DNA of 64,000 bases from the human T2T-CHM13v2.0 reference genome, Homo sapiens: NCBI RefSeq assembly GCF_009914755.1, contig NC_060934.1. One strand, written 5' to 3'. The translations under genes and the position numbers were made by a program. This document shows, in pieces, positions 38,871-53,399 of this stretch. Position 1 is the first letter of the stretch. The number at the start of each line of letters is the position of its first letter. The notes under the pieces are model-generated. The model was not told where the DNA came from. It ran no database searches and was given only the letters and a program-made list of their open reading frames with translations.

Positions 38871-41800
38871 CGCCCATCAGCATCCCTTCCTCCAGCTCAC
38901 TGCCCTCACTTTGGTCACTTGCCTGGCACTGGAGCCAGTGAGGCTGTGACCCTGGAACTGATGCTTTGGGTGGGGACAGTCCTCATGGATGCTCTGTGGG
39001 GTCTGTCTTCTGGGGAAGGCTGGCCTGGGTAAGTGATGGTTGGGGGTGGGTGTGTGCCTGATGACTAGGGTGGCAAAGGCAAGTGCCTTCACAGCTAGGC
39101 CAGGGGAATTCACCTCTGTAGGGACTTATGAGATCCCTACCCCCACCCACCTCATTCAGGAGGGTAAGGACTGCGGGGGTCAAAGGCTTTTTTTGGGAAG
39201 GGGACAGCTTTCCCCAAAGTGCTGAGCTCCTAAACTCCGGCCTGATTAGAGGCTGGAGGAGGAGGAGGGGGAGTCTTCCTCCAGTGTCAGGGCTCAGACC
39301 AGGAGCTGTGATCACTAAGGCCCCAGGGTGGCGAGGAAGCCCTGTCAGGAGCACATCCAAGGCCAAGTCAGCTGCTGCCTTCCCCATCTCTCCATCCCGC
39401 CGCCAACAACTTCACAGAGTCTCCTTTGGCAGAGCCTGAACCCAGGTTTTCTGTAGCTGCAGGTGGCTGGGCGGGGGTGAGGACTGAGCCTCAGGGCAGT
39501 TTGCGGAGTGCCCCAGGATGCTGTAGTTTGATTGGGGAGCGGGAGACGATCCTCTGTTAGGGCTGAAAGGGACTCTCTCTTCTGACCCAGAGGAACCACA
39601 GTCCTGTGTCCTAAGCACCTGTTCTTGCTGGAAAGCCTTGGAAAGCAACGCTCTGGAAGAGAGGAAGAGGGCCTCTGCTGCATAGAGTGTGGGTGTGGGT
39701 GTGGAATACAGTTACCCACAGCCATCGAGGGAGCAGCTTCGTGGCCTTAATCATTAGGAGGGATGACCCTGAGTGGCTCCAGTTCTGGGCAATGATGGAG
39801 TGGAAGACAGGCCACCCTCTGGGGACCTCCCCAGAGGATTTCAGCTGCCCTCCTGCCTGTGACCCCTGGCAAGTAGTTTAACCTTTGTCCAACGAGGAAC
39901 ATCAGAATAGTTTTCTCACTAGGTTGTTGTGAGGCTCAAAGGAGATTATAAATAATGGCAGCCAATATTTGTTTTATTGATTACTGGCCATGAACCAGGC
40001 AGGAAGTCCCAGTCATATCAAACATCTGCTCCTTAAGAAAAATGGTGTGTTAGTGCCTGTGTGTTGAACACTGCTGAGCCAGGTGCGACCCTGGGGCCTC
40101 CAGAGGACCCGCACCAGGAGTGCAGCTGAGGCTGGGGGATCCAGCGGATGTGGGGACCGGAGACCCTGCAGACCTGCTCCATGCCCACGCACTGCCCACA
40201 AACAGCCTGAAGGAGGCAGGAGAGAAGCACAGCACGGGGTTCGGGCACCAGCTGGTAGGAGCACCAGGGTTTGAACACCAGCCACGCCCCACACAGACCT
40301 CGGGCATGTTGCTCACTCTTTCCAGGCCTTGGTTTCCTCATCTATAAAATGGGCATGATAGTGGCATTTATGGCACAGCACTGTGGTGCTGCTCAATGAG
40401 ATGCCATCTGACGTATAACATTTTGAAAGATCAACTGGTATTTTCCCCTCTGGATTTCCTTCCCCACCCTTCTCGGGGTCTGCAGCCAGGCTCCTCAGCG
40501 GTGGTGTTCCTCCCTTCTGGGAAAGGACGTGGCAGAAGAGGGCAAAGGCAAATGGAAGGAGCCTCTTCCTGAATTTTGTGTGCAAAAGCCTTGGCTTTAG
40601 GGGAAGCTGTAGGGCGGCAAATTGAGAAAAAACATCCTGAATGAGTAAGAGCAGCCCTCCTGCCCAACCAGCTAAAAAAGCGCTCCCCAAGGGGGAGGAG
40701 GGTAGCGGGGATATGGGGGAGAACCGGCTCACGGCTGGAGCCTGGGGAAGGGCTGCAGTCCCACCTGAGGGCTACGTGTGGGAGCAGAGGGCACTCATGC
40801 CTCCTGTCCTGGTGAGATCCCTGAGGAGGCAGCCAGGCCCAGAGAAGGGAAAGGGCTGGGCAGTGTGATGAGGTCACGGACCTTAGAGAGCCTCATTATG
40901 GGCTTTCCTCCCCCACCAGACTGTGAAAGCAGCAGATGGGTCCTGATGCAACCATGGCCCAGAAGAAATGGAAAGAACCCCCCACGGCCCCCAGACTAGA
41001 GGGTTCCTGAGACAGGATCACAGGGCAGCTCAATGGCTACCAAGTGGACTCACGACATTGAGGTCTCACTCAATACCTTGTCACTCTGACAACCCCATGA
41101 CTACCCACAGGAACTCAGACATCCTCCTGGGGAAAATGGCCAGAAGTTGAGTTGTCTGAGATGAAGATTCGCCCACTACTGGCAGGGGATTCAAAATGAA
41201 AATAAGGCTGAGTAACAGAAAATGAAGACAGTCCTATGTCTTGCACAGTTGAATTTATGAACTGAGATTTGTGTTGCTTACAAATTCACACAAAGGAGTT
41301 AGCACAATGCCGGGCACCACCAGGCTCTGGCTGCTGTGTCCATGTGGTTGGGATGCTGTGGTGGGCCCAGAGCTGGATGAGATGCCGAGCTGGGACTCTA
41401 TCAGGTGGCTGGTCACCTTCCCTGCTGAGGGCATCAGGTGAGTGGCTGTCCTTCTGAAAGGGTGTCTGAGTGGCCACTCAGCTTCTGGTGCTTCCCAAGC
41501 TGCCTGAGATCTGAATGTGACCATCCTCTCCTTCTCCCACCCGCCTTCACAAGCATCTCTCTCCATCTCCCTAGACCCTGAGACCTGGAGCTTTCAGCCT
41601 GACATTTGGCACAACCTCAGATGCAGTGATCATGGAGCATTCTCTGGGAAGATGGGCCTCAGTTGTTTCCTGCCCTAGCCTGGAAAACACAGAGATCTCT
41701 GAAGACAGCGCAGACTGAGCTCATCAGAGCCATGGGGAGGAGCCAGCCCAGGCGAGTACCATTTCTGCTTCTGGAAGGGGCCTTAGCTCACCCTGCTCTC

Positions 41801-42043
41801 ACTCTGGAGTCCTAGGAGGCAACGGCCACAGCCAGCAGGCATCCATCTTATCTGGGAAGGGGTAGCCCAATCAGGGTCAACAGAGAATCTCCCAGAACAG
41901 AACTCTGGCCAAAGCCTCTAAAAAAGCTGCTGGGGATTGAATATGGAGTTTTCTGTACCCACCTGGACCCCACCTGAGGGTCCTCACCTGAGAATCCAGG
42001 CTTTATTCTCCTTCATGGAGCTGATCTGCCTGAAATGTCGTCA

Positions 42044-42483
42044 TATTAGTCAGGGCTTTCCAGAGACACAGAGCCAATAGGATGTGTGCATATATAGAAG
42101 GAGGTTTCTTTTAGGGAAGTGGCTCCTGTGACTATGGAGGCTGGCAAGTCCAACATCTATATGGGAAGTGATCAGGAAAGAGTTGCTGCTGCTACTGCTG
42201 CAGTTCACGTCCTAAGGCTGCCAGGGTAGAGTCGGCGTTGCAGCTTCAGTTTGAAAGCCGACTGCTACAGAAATCTCTCTTGCTCAGAGAGATCAGTCTT
42301 TGCCTGATGGAATGAGGCCGACCCCCATTAGGGAGGGCAATTTGCTTTACTCAAAGTCTATCAATTTAAATGTTCAAATACACCCATTCAAATACACCCT
42401 CAGAGAAACATCCAGAAGAATGTTTGACCATATATCTGGGCACTGTGGCCCAGCCAAGTTGACACATAAAATCAACCATCACA
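42044..42483 (-). mobile_element. MLT2-family (ERVL) LTR
   Basis: tattagtcagggctttccagagacacagagccaatagga...cccagccaagttgacacataaaatcaaccatcaca. Confidence 0.88.
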
Positions 42484-43602
42484 GTCATTCATTCATTCAT
42501 CCAGTTTGGTTGGTGGGTATGGAAACCCACCCAAGCCATCTCAAATAAGGGGAATTTATTGTAAAAACATGCAGAGATTTCACGAGAACCCAAAGATGGG
42601 CATCAAAGTGTCACCAGACATCATGGAACCATGAAGAGCACAGACCTTTATTTAATGGGTATGGGAAGCAGTGATGGGAGGGAAAAGCATGGGGTGGAAT
42701 GGGAGATCTTTGATTTTGTCCCACCATCTCACCCAAGTGTGGAGGAGTGAGTCTGCCCTTTGGACATCTCTTCAGCACACTCTGGAGCCTTAGAGCAGCA
42801 GCAGTGTGGGGGAAGACCATAAGAGCAGCTGATTTGATACCCACGACTTGTGAGGGGATGGGGAGAGGAGAGGGCCCTTGCTGCGGGGTTGAGCATCAGA
42901 GACAGAGCAGAAAGGACCCAGCAGGAACTAGTCTGAGTCATCTCAGAGGAAGGGTGGGGGAAAGGGATGGGAGCGTGAGAAGTGCATACTGTTCCCCACT
43001 TCCCCCACCAGGCTGTCTCCAGAGCTTCTAACAGACATTCACGTGTCCTTTCACGTGATCTTGACAACTGCTCTACCATTTTACTAGGGAGGAAACTGAG
43101 GCTGGGGATGGGGGTGGGGACAAGAGGAGAACTTGCCCAAAGTCGAACAGAAAGGTCAAAACAGGAATCATTGCCCAAGCGTTTGATTTCCAATTTCAGA
43201 GCTTTCCTGAGCCACACTCAGGGCTCTCTCTGCACAGTGGTGACCAGTGGAGAGTCAGGCCAATTTGGTTGGAATTATATACACTGGGGTTCACAACCAG
43301 CACTGGAGACACTTGCCAGCTGCATATTCCGAGTCTCCCCCAGCCTGCCTGGTTTGCTCCATCTAGACGCTCTCTCACCAAGACTCATGCCACACTCTCC
43401 TAACTGCCTTCCCTGCCTTTACTCCTGGCCTCACAATCCACTGTCGGCAGAGCAGCCAGCGTGGGCTTTCTGCCCTCACTTGATCTTCTTCCACTGGTTT
43501 CCAAAGCTTTTTAGCATGGAGTTCACACACATCAGCCTGGCCCAAGTGACCCAGTCCTGGCCTCTGTTCCCATCTCTAACACTCCCCCTCACTCACCATG
43601 TC

Positions 43603-44158
43603 ACTCAGCATGTTTGAGACTGCAAGTGACAGAGAGGCGGACTCAACCAGCTTTATCACCAAGGAGACCGTGTGATCTCCTGGAGCAAGACATCTGGAGG
43701 CAGGGCAGTGCCAGGGTTGCTTAGCTCAGACTCCACAGCATCAAAGATCCCGGTGTTGCCACTCTTTCCTCTGTCATCCTCAGCCCATAGAGATAGCCTC
43801 TTAGGCTGCCACAATCCCAAGGCCACCTGCAGATGACAACATCCAGAGGCAGAAGAAAGCATTTCCTCCATGGTCTCTTTCTATCAGTAATGAAACCTCT
43901 TCCAGAAGCCTCCCTCAGAGTACTGCTCTGGCTCATTGGTCTGAATTGCAGCACGTGCCCGAGCCAGGAGGGAAGCTCTGTGATTAGCCTAGACCACTCA
44001 AGTTCATCCATGGGACTGCACAGGGGCTATGTGCCCACCATGGAAGAACATGGCTACCCAATAACTCAATGAAACAGAGGCTGTGCTAGCAAGAAGTGTT
44101 TGTGTTGGAGCAAGGAAGGGGACGGGTATTGGATGGGCAAATAATGGCACCTGTCACT
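43603..44158 (-). mobile_element. Old MaLR LTR (MLT1K/L-like)
   Basis: tgcaagtgacagag...actcaaccagcttta...ctctggctcattggtctgaatt...gtattggatgggcaa. Confidence 0.7.
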
Positions 44159-44559
44159 CTCACTGTGATCCTGCCTCATCAACCTTCTCCCTCCCGCCTG
44201 GAACATTCTTCCCCAGCTTGATCCCTTGCTGGCTCCCTCTCTTTTAGGTATCAAAGCCCTCCAGAATCCTCAATCTGTGATAGTCCCCCACTCAGTTATT
44301 CTCTCACAAAGCATCTGGCTCTTCTCCTTCAGAGCACTCATCCCAAGGTAAAGTTACATTTTTATTTGTCCCTTGCACCAGATAGGAGCTCCCTGAGGTG
44401 GGATCAGGTCTACTTTTGCTCCTCCAGAATCCCAGGTTCCACGATGGCATATGGTGCAAAGTAGTGCCTACATCTATATTTTGAGTGAATGGTGGCATGA
44501 AGGAATGTCAGATGCTATTTAGGCTTTTCAGATAGTTTCTTTAAAAATTTTCTTGATAA

Positions 44560-46255
<1,696 letters not shown>

Positions 46256-46367
46256 CTGAGAGACACCAAATGACTTATCTAAGGTGGCCTGGATGGTAAG
46301 GAGCAGAACTAAAATTCACATTACTTCTTCTGATTTCAATTTCTATGCCCTTTTTCATATCCACTTA

Positions 46368-46858
46368 AGTGTTTTTGGTTAAATGACAGACAACTTGACC
46401 CAGAGTGTATTAAGCTGATTTACTGCAAACCAACACCTTTAAAATTGGTTTCACTCAGCATGATATACAGAGAAATGGATGAAGGATAGATTCTTGAGAC
46501 TTAGCCCTGCTAGTAGGATGGCCCTCTTGTACTTCCATGTGCTTCAAACCATGATGACGATGACACACCTTGGTATTACACCTGCCCAACCAACATGCCT
46601 GCAGATGTTGGTTTAGCATTGTCTGCATTGTTCTAGAGTGAAATGGGTGTAAGGCTGTCACCATTCTCACAAATTGTTAATAAGAAGCCTTTATCAAAGG
46701 GATATCTTCGGACTGTCTGTTTCTAACACCTTCTGAACCATGACTTGGAGCCAGCAGAGGAGGCTGTGGCTACAAACTTCAGCACAACCACGAACACTGC
46801 TGTTCAAGAAATTAAAATTTATGTCCATCCCAAGTTGTAAATGCTAGTCTTTTTTTCC
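46368..46858 (+). pseudogene. Probable processed fragment of the distal CALM1 3'UTR (UTR-only retrocopy); left boundary approximate
   Basis: No repeat recognised. The last ~120 nt (ggagccagcagaggaggctgtggct...cttcagcacaacc...tgctgttcaagaaatta...ccaagttgtaaatgctagtcttttttt) closely resemble my recollection of the end of the long CALM1 mRNA. Not database-verified. Confidence 0.55.
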
Positions 46859-47094
46859 ATGGACCTCAGACAATTTTATCCATGAAGCTCCTTCCTCATA
46901 AAATCTGTGGAAGCCCAATGTATGCCTGGAGAAAGAGGGTGCCCTGGATCTGGAGGCTGGAGGAGCGGAGGGTAGGTGTGCTGAGCAACTCCCTCTGGCC
47001 TCCCCTTTCTCTGACCCCAGGGCTCTTCTAGGGTGATTCTAGGCTTCCTCAGAGCACAGTTGGAAACGCTTGCTCTCCTCCAACCCCTTCGCTA

Positions 47095-47611
<517 letters not shown>

Positions 47612-48302
47612 TCATGAGCTCTTTGTAGCTTATTTTCATAGGACCCAAAGATGTTTGGCTGAGCCTGACATAACAGAATGACTAGCAGATGATCACATTT
47701 GTTATATGGGTTCAGGGAAATTGAAAAAGACACCCAGTTCTCATTAAATGTGATCAGGCATATGAAGAGCTTAGCACAGCAGATGAAATCAGCGGACGTC
47801 AGCCAGTGTTGTTATTGTCATTGTCCTGCTCTAAGCTTGCTTCTGACATCTGTTCACATTGTGACTCTGAAACATTCTCATCCCAGTTTCCTTGCCTGTA
47901 AAAGGATGACAATGACACCATCCTCTTGGGGTTATTTCGAGGACCAAAATAATGGATATACAACCCTTTTGAAAAATACAAGAGTAAGCTAGCATTATTA
48001 TTACTTGGCAAATAATTGAATTTTCTTCCAATTACACATCAAGTCAAGCACAATTCACCTATCAGGTTTATGACTGTGATCATTTTTGATGGGAACTTGC
48101 ATGTGAATTTTACAGCTCACACTTCAACCCAAAGGAGAACACTTTATTGACTTGCAAGCTAACACCTGTGATCAAGGCAGAAAACTGAATTTCAAAAAAA
48201 CCAAAGCTTAAATTTGGAAATTGGGGCATAAATAGGAGAATGTACCAAGCTGTGATTTCTTTAAAAGCTCACCAGACACAAAACTGAAATACAGGATTCT
48301 AC

Positions 48303-48572
48303 TTTTGTTTTGTTTTGTCTTGTTTTTGAGACAGAGTCTTACTCTGTCGCCCAGGCTGGAGTGCAGTGGCATGATCTTGGCTCACTGCAACTTCTGCCTA
48401 CCAGGTTCAAGTGATTCTCGTGCCTCAACCTCCTGAGTAGCTAGGACTACAGGTGCATGTGAGCACACCCAGCTAATTTTTGAATTTTTAGTGGAGATGG
48501 GGTTTCACCATGTTGGCTAGGCTGGTCTGGAACTCCTGGCCTCAAATGATCTGCCTGCCTTGGCCTCCCAAA
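48303..48572 (-). mobile_element. Alu (S-type) lacking its first ~30 nt
   Basis: Ends at ggcctcccaaa; TSD aggattctactttt (48293) / aggattctagtttt (48572). Confidence 0.95.
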
Positions 48573-48856
48573 GGATTCTAGTTTTTAACATCAATTTTGT
48601 CTTTGTGTTAAAGATGGGTTGGTGGCAAATCAATGAAAAAATCAATATTGTCTTCTGATACCACACTGTCCTCCTCATACTTTATTTTATTTTCAATTTT
48701 AAGTTGCAGTTGAAGTCACTTGTTTACTTGAGAATCAGCCTCTTCGACTAAAAGTTAAAAGGCTTGAGTTCTAGTTTAATTACACCACCAACTAAGTGTC
48801 CTACCTTTTGTAAATGACATGTCTCCCTGGGCATCATATACTTCTGTCCTACACAA

Positions 48857-49100
48857 TGGTGGTGTGTGGTGTAGTGGTTGTGGTAGTGGTCATGATGGTG
48901 GTTGGTTTGCTGTAGTGATGATGGTGTTGGTGTTGGCTTGTGTTGTGATGGAGATGTTGTTGCTGGTGGTGTAGGATATAATGGAGGTGGTGGTGGTAAG
49001 CATGGTTCTGATGGCTGTGATGGTGGTGGACATGGTGATGATGGTTGTGGAATGAAATGGTTGTGGTGATGGTGGTCGTGATGGTGATGGTAGTGGTGGT
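48857..49100. repeat. Degenerate (TGG/TGA/TGT)n low-complexity trinucleotide repeat
   Basis: About 240 bp of ggt/gat/gtt triplets; produces the His/Thr-rich spurious ORF 48849..49136. Confidence 0.9.
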
Positions 49101-49511
49101 AGAGGGGATGGAAATGGACAGAGAGACAGTGGTCAAGGAGGGTTGGCCTAGATGGTCTCTAGGTTCCTCTCAGGTCCACCATTCTACGTTCTTTGATTTC
49201 TGCTGCCATTTGTGTGGCCAGTGGTTGTCCACTGGGGCAATCAGTGAAACAGAGGGGAAAGGAAAAGATTCAAAATTGGCATTGTTGAGAGTTTTCACTC
49301 ACTTGAATTCTCTTTGTAAGGTCTGTGTTTGGGGCACTAGGAGTCCTGTTCTGTAGTATTTGTGGAGTAGGAAAGAAGATTTGATCAGGGAGGTTAGGTT
49401 TGGCCAAGAGTCCATTAGACTTTGATGTCTTCTACCAGCTCCCAGAATTGAGATGAAAAGGACAGCACCGTATTAGATTTTTGCTATAAGAACATTTGAA
49501 ATTGGGGAATA

Positions 49512-50465
49512 TGTAAATCAGAGTCCCAAAAAGAAACAGATGGTGCACTAAATTAGGATAATTCAAGGAGGTTTAATTTACAAAGGAATATTTATAGAAT
49601 GTGGCCAGGGTAGAGGGGAATCATAATGGCTGGTACAGAAGCCTGGGCTAAAAACAGGGGTTACCATCCTAGGCTTGCTTACAAGAGGGAGAGTGTATTA
49701 GGGTTCTCTAGAGAAACAGAGCCAATAGGATGTATATACAGGAAGAGATTTATTATGAGGAATTTACTTACTCAAGGCTGAGAAGTTGGAGCTGCTGTCT
49801 GTCAGCTGGAGACCCAGGAAAGCCAGTGGCATAATTCAGTCCTGAGTCCAAAGACCTGAGAACCAGGGATGCTGATGGTACTAATCCCAGTCCAAGGGCA
49901 GGAACTGATGTCCCAGCTCCAGCAGGCAAGTAGGAAGAAAAGAAAGGGGGCCAATTAATTCCTCCTTCCTCCACCTTTTGTTCTATTCAAGCTATCTGCA
50001 GATTGGACGGTGCCCACCCACACTGGGAAGGACAACCTACTGAGTCCACATATTCAAATGCTAATCTCATCTGGAAACCCTCTCATGGACACATCCAGAA
50101 ACAATGCTTAGTCTGGGCACTTCCTGGGCTACTCAGGTTGATACATAAAATTGACCATCACAGATCCATTACAAGCACTCAAGAGAGACGATATTTGTGT
50201 AGCAGAGGCTGCCTCAGGAGAAGATTTCTGTGGAGGGTCCCGGCCAGCAGAGGCAATGCTGCAGGGAGGGAGCCAACTACCTGGGTCTCACTCTCTTCCC
50301 TTCTTTTGGTCTCCTGCCTGGGCTCACAATTGGCCAAACCCAAGCACAGCCAGGGCAGGGGAGCCTACTGAGGTGGTTCACACCCATTTGTCTCCTGGGC
50401 AGAGAGCAAGGTGGAGTGGGAAGGACAGAGGACCTGGAAGGGGAACAGAAGGCGCAGGATCCCAT
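49512..50465 (-). mobile_element. Old ERVL-type LTR split by an MLT2 insertion
   Basis: cagagtcccaaaagaaacagatggtgcact...gtttaatttacaaagg on the left; ctcacaattggccaaaccca...tctcctgggcagagagcaaggtggag on the right. Confidence 0.5.
49694..50162 (-). mobile_element. MLT2-family (ERVL) LTR
   Basis: tgtattagggttctctagagaaacagagccaatagga...caggttgatacataaaattgaccatcaca. Confidence 0.9.
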
Positions 50466-51328
50466 TACCATTAATTCATCCACACAGCACATGGTTCTGA
50501 ACATTGATGTCCTACTAACTAATGTTCTTGCATCACAGCCCGCATGCAGTGTACGTGTGACACATTTCTGTTGAATGTGTTGGGATGGCCTTTGAGTTTG
50601 GAGTAAATACCCAGCCTGGTCTCCCTCTGTCCCCAGTGAACATTCTCACCACCAATGGGGCCAGGACAAAAGGCTGCCCCCACCCCATGCCCCCTTTTCC
50701 TGACCAGCCCATGGTGCATCCCACCCTCTGCATAGCCAAGCCTTGCTCAAGGCTGACTTATTGAGGTGACTGTGCTGTAGCTTCCTGTGTGTGGGAGCCA
50801 GGACCATTGGAGCTCTGTGTCTCATGCCTTGAAGGCTGCCTGGCACTTAATAAGTGCCAGTAACAGGAGACACTCCGTAGGTATTTGAGGAACGGATAGC
50901 AAATGCTTTTATTGTCTCACAAAAACATCATGCTTTCTTGTCTTCCTGCTTTTGGTCATATCCCCCTTTATCCTTCTCCTATCTTCTTGCTGTGTCTTTT
51001 GTCCAAGTACCACATTCCCAGGAAGACTTCAGGGACACCAGCCCACAGCAGCCAGCCCTTCCGTCGTGACAACAGTGGGTTCCAGTCCAGTGCCAGATCC
51101 TTTCCTAATTGTCCCCCATGTATGCCGCTCACCTCCTCGGCCAGTCATGAGCTGGGCTTGAAATCCAGGGCCATGAATTTAGGGGCCTCATCTTTTATTT
51201 CATTTGTTCTCAACACCCTACTGCCTGCCCTCAGGGTACATGATGCGAGAACAATGATAATAATAATAGTGATCATAATAATGAGCCATCTGAGCCCACG
51301 CAGAACCCTTTCCATTCCATGATTTATT

Positions 51329-51624
<296 letters not shown>

Positions 51625-51929
51625 TGAATTATTTATTTTAATTCTCACAAGGACCCCATGAGGAGGGCCATATGTTGGCATCCCCACTTTAGGGATGTGT
51701 AAATTGAGGTTCAAAGAGGTTTTCAGTTCCATCTCACAGCTGGTAGGCAGAGAAGCCTGGTTCAATTCCAAAACCCGCTCTTGTTACCATGACATCAACT
51801 ATTTCCACACCTCTACTCTTTAGTGTTCTCCCACTCTTCATCCCTCCCCTCCCCCACTCAGCATCTAGAACAGGCCTGGGCACATAGTAGGTGCTTAAAT
51901 AATGCCTGTAGATTCATTGCTAGGTGAGG

Positions 51930-52570
51930 TATCCCATGATTGATCAATGACCCTGGCCTTTCTATTAACACCGGGAGGTACAGGAAAACTTTTGCAGTCA
52001 GGCCTCATCTCCAGAAGTCAAGCAAATTACCCTCCAATAGCCTGACAGCCCCTTTGTCTCCCCAGAGTGGGGCTCAGGCTGCCGTTCTAGCCATCCCAGG
52101 ACATTGCTCCCGACAATCGCCTTTTGCTTCCAGAGCAGGAACAGCCTGCAGAAAATCCTCCTTTTAGCCCTCCGAATCAGAGCGACAGGGGCCCATAAAG
52201 TCCAGGTTATGAAGTGTCACCGTGTCTGAAACAACTGCTTCTTTATTGCGTACGCACACACCAGGAATCCGTTCATTTCTGGGCAGCGGCTGATGGAAAA
52301 AGAGAAAGATTTTCCATGTATTTATTATGTGAAACATAACATACGGGGGACATGAATGGTGATATGTAATTAGACATAAAACGAACCAGACTTGAGGAAT
52401 TGCCAAAAATCTGTGGCAGGATAATGAAAGTGCTTTGGGTGGTATCATTTATTTCACAATCTGTCATTGCAATCGACGGCCTCAGTAACCTGTTGAATGC
52501 CGCAGAAACACGGAGCTGGAAGTTCGTTTCGGGGGAGATGCCTCCCAGGCACCATCTTTGATTAGTTCCT
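51930..52570. promoter_or_regulatory. Candidate distal enhancer (PBX/MEIS, CDX/posterior HOX and TCF motifs)
   Basis: TGATTGAT 51937, TGACAG 52043, CCATAAA 52193, TTTATTG 52242, TAATTA 52367, CATAAAA 52375, CTGTCA 52461, CTTTGAT 52556; CpGs retained; no repeat recognised. Confidence 0.5.
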
Positions 52571-53014
52571 GTGTCTTTTCTAAGGCAAAGATATATTCAC
52601 CTTGGAGCCCTGGTGGCAAAGAAGCTGGATAAAGAGTGGGTGTGGAAGAGACGAAGCCCATCCCAGGCAGAGGGTAGGTGGAAGCCTGTCTGTTGATTCC
52701 CCCAGCTGAACTGGGCTGCACTGCTGTCTTTCATATCACACCAGCTAGAAGGGGTGAGAGCAGGGGCACTGTGGCAGCTTCTAGTTCCAGCTCTATGGCA
52801 GTCTCCCTTTGCAACCTTCCCAGACCACTGGAATTCCCTGGGCCTCACTTCCCAACTCTGCAGAACAGGAAGATTGACCCAAGAACATCCACATGCAAGG
52901 ATGCATGCCAGGTGAGTGGGGGCCACAGTGAGAAGACCCTGATGTCTTGGCCCCTTTCATAATAATCCTATCCAGCTTGTCATTCATCTCTGAGGGTGTA
53001 TGTGAAGCCTTTCA

Positions 53015-53399
<385 letters not shown>

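Noticed and set aside
42982-43617. 211-aa plus-strand ORF
   Set aside because: Passes through MIR and L2-like remnants; non-ATG start.
48849-49136. His/Thr-rich ORF suggesting a metal-binding protein
   Set aside because: Translation of a degenerate (TGG)n simple repeat.
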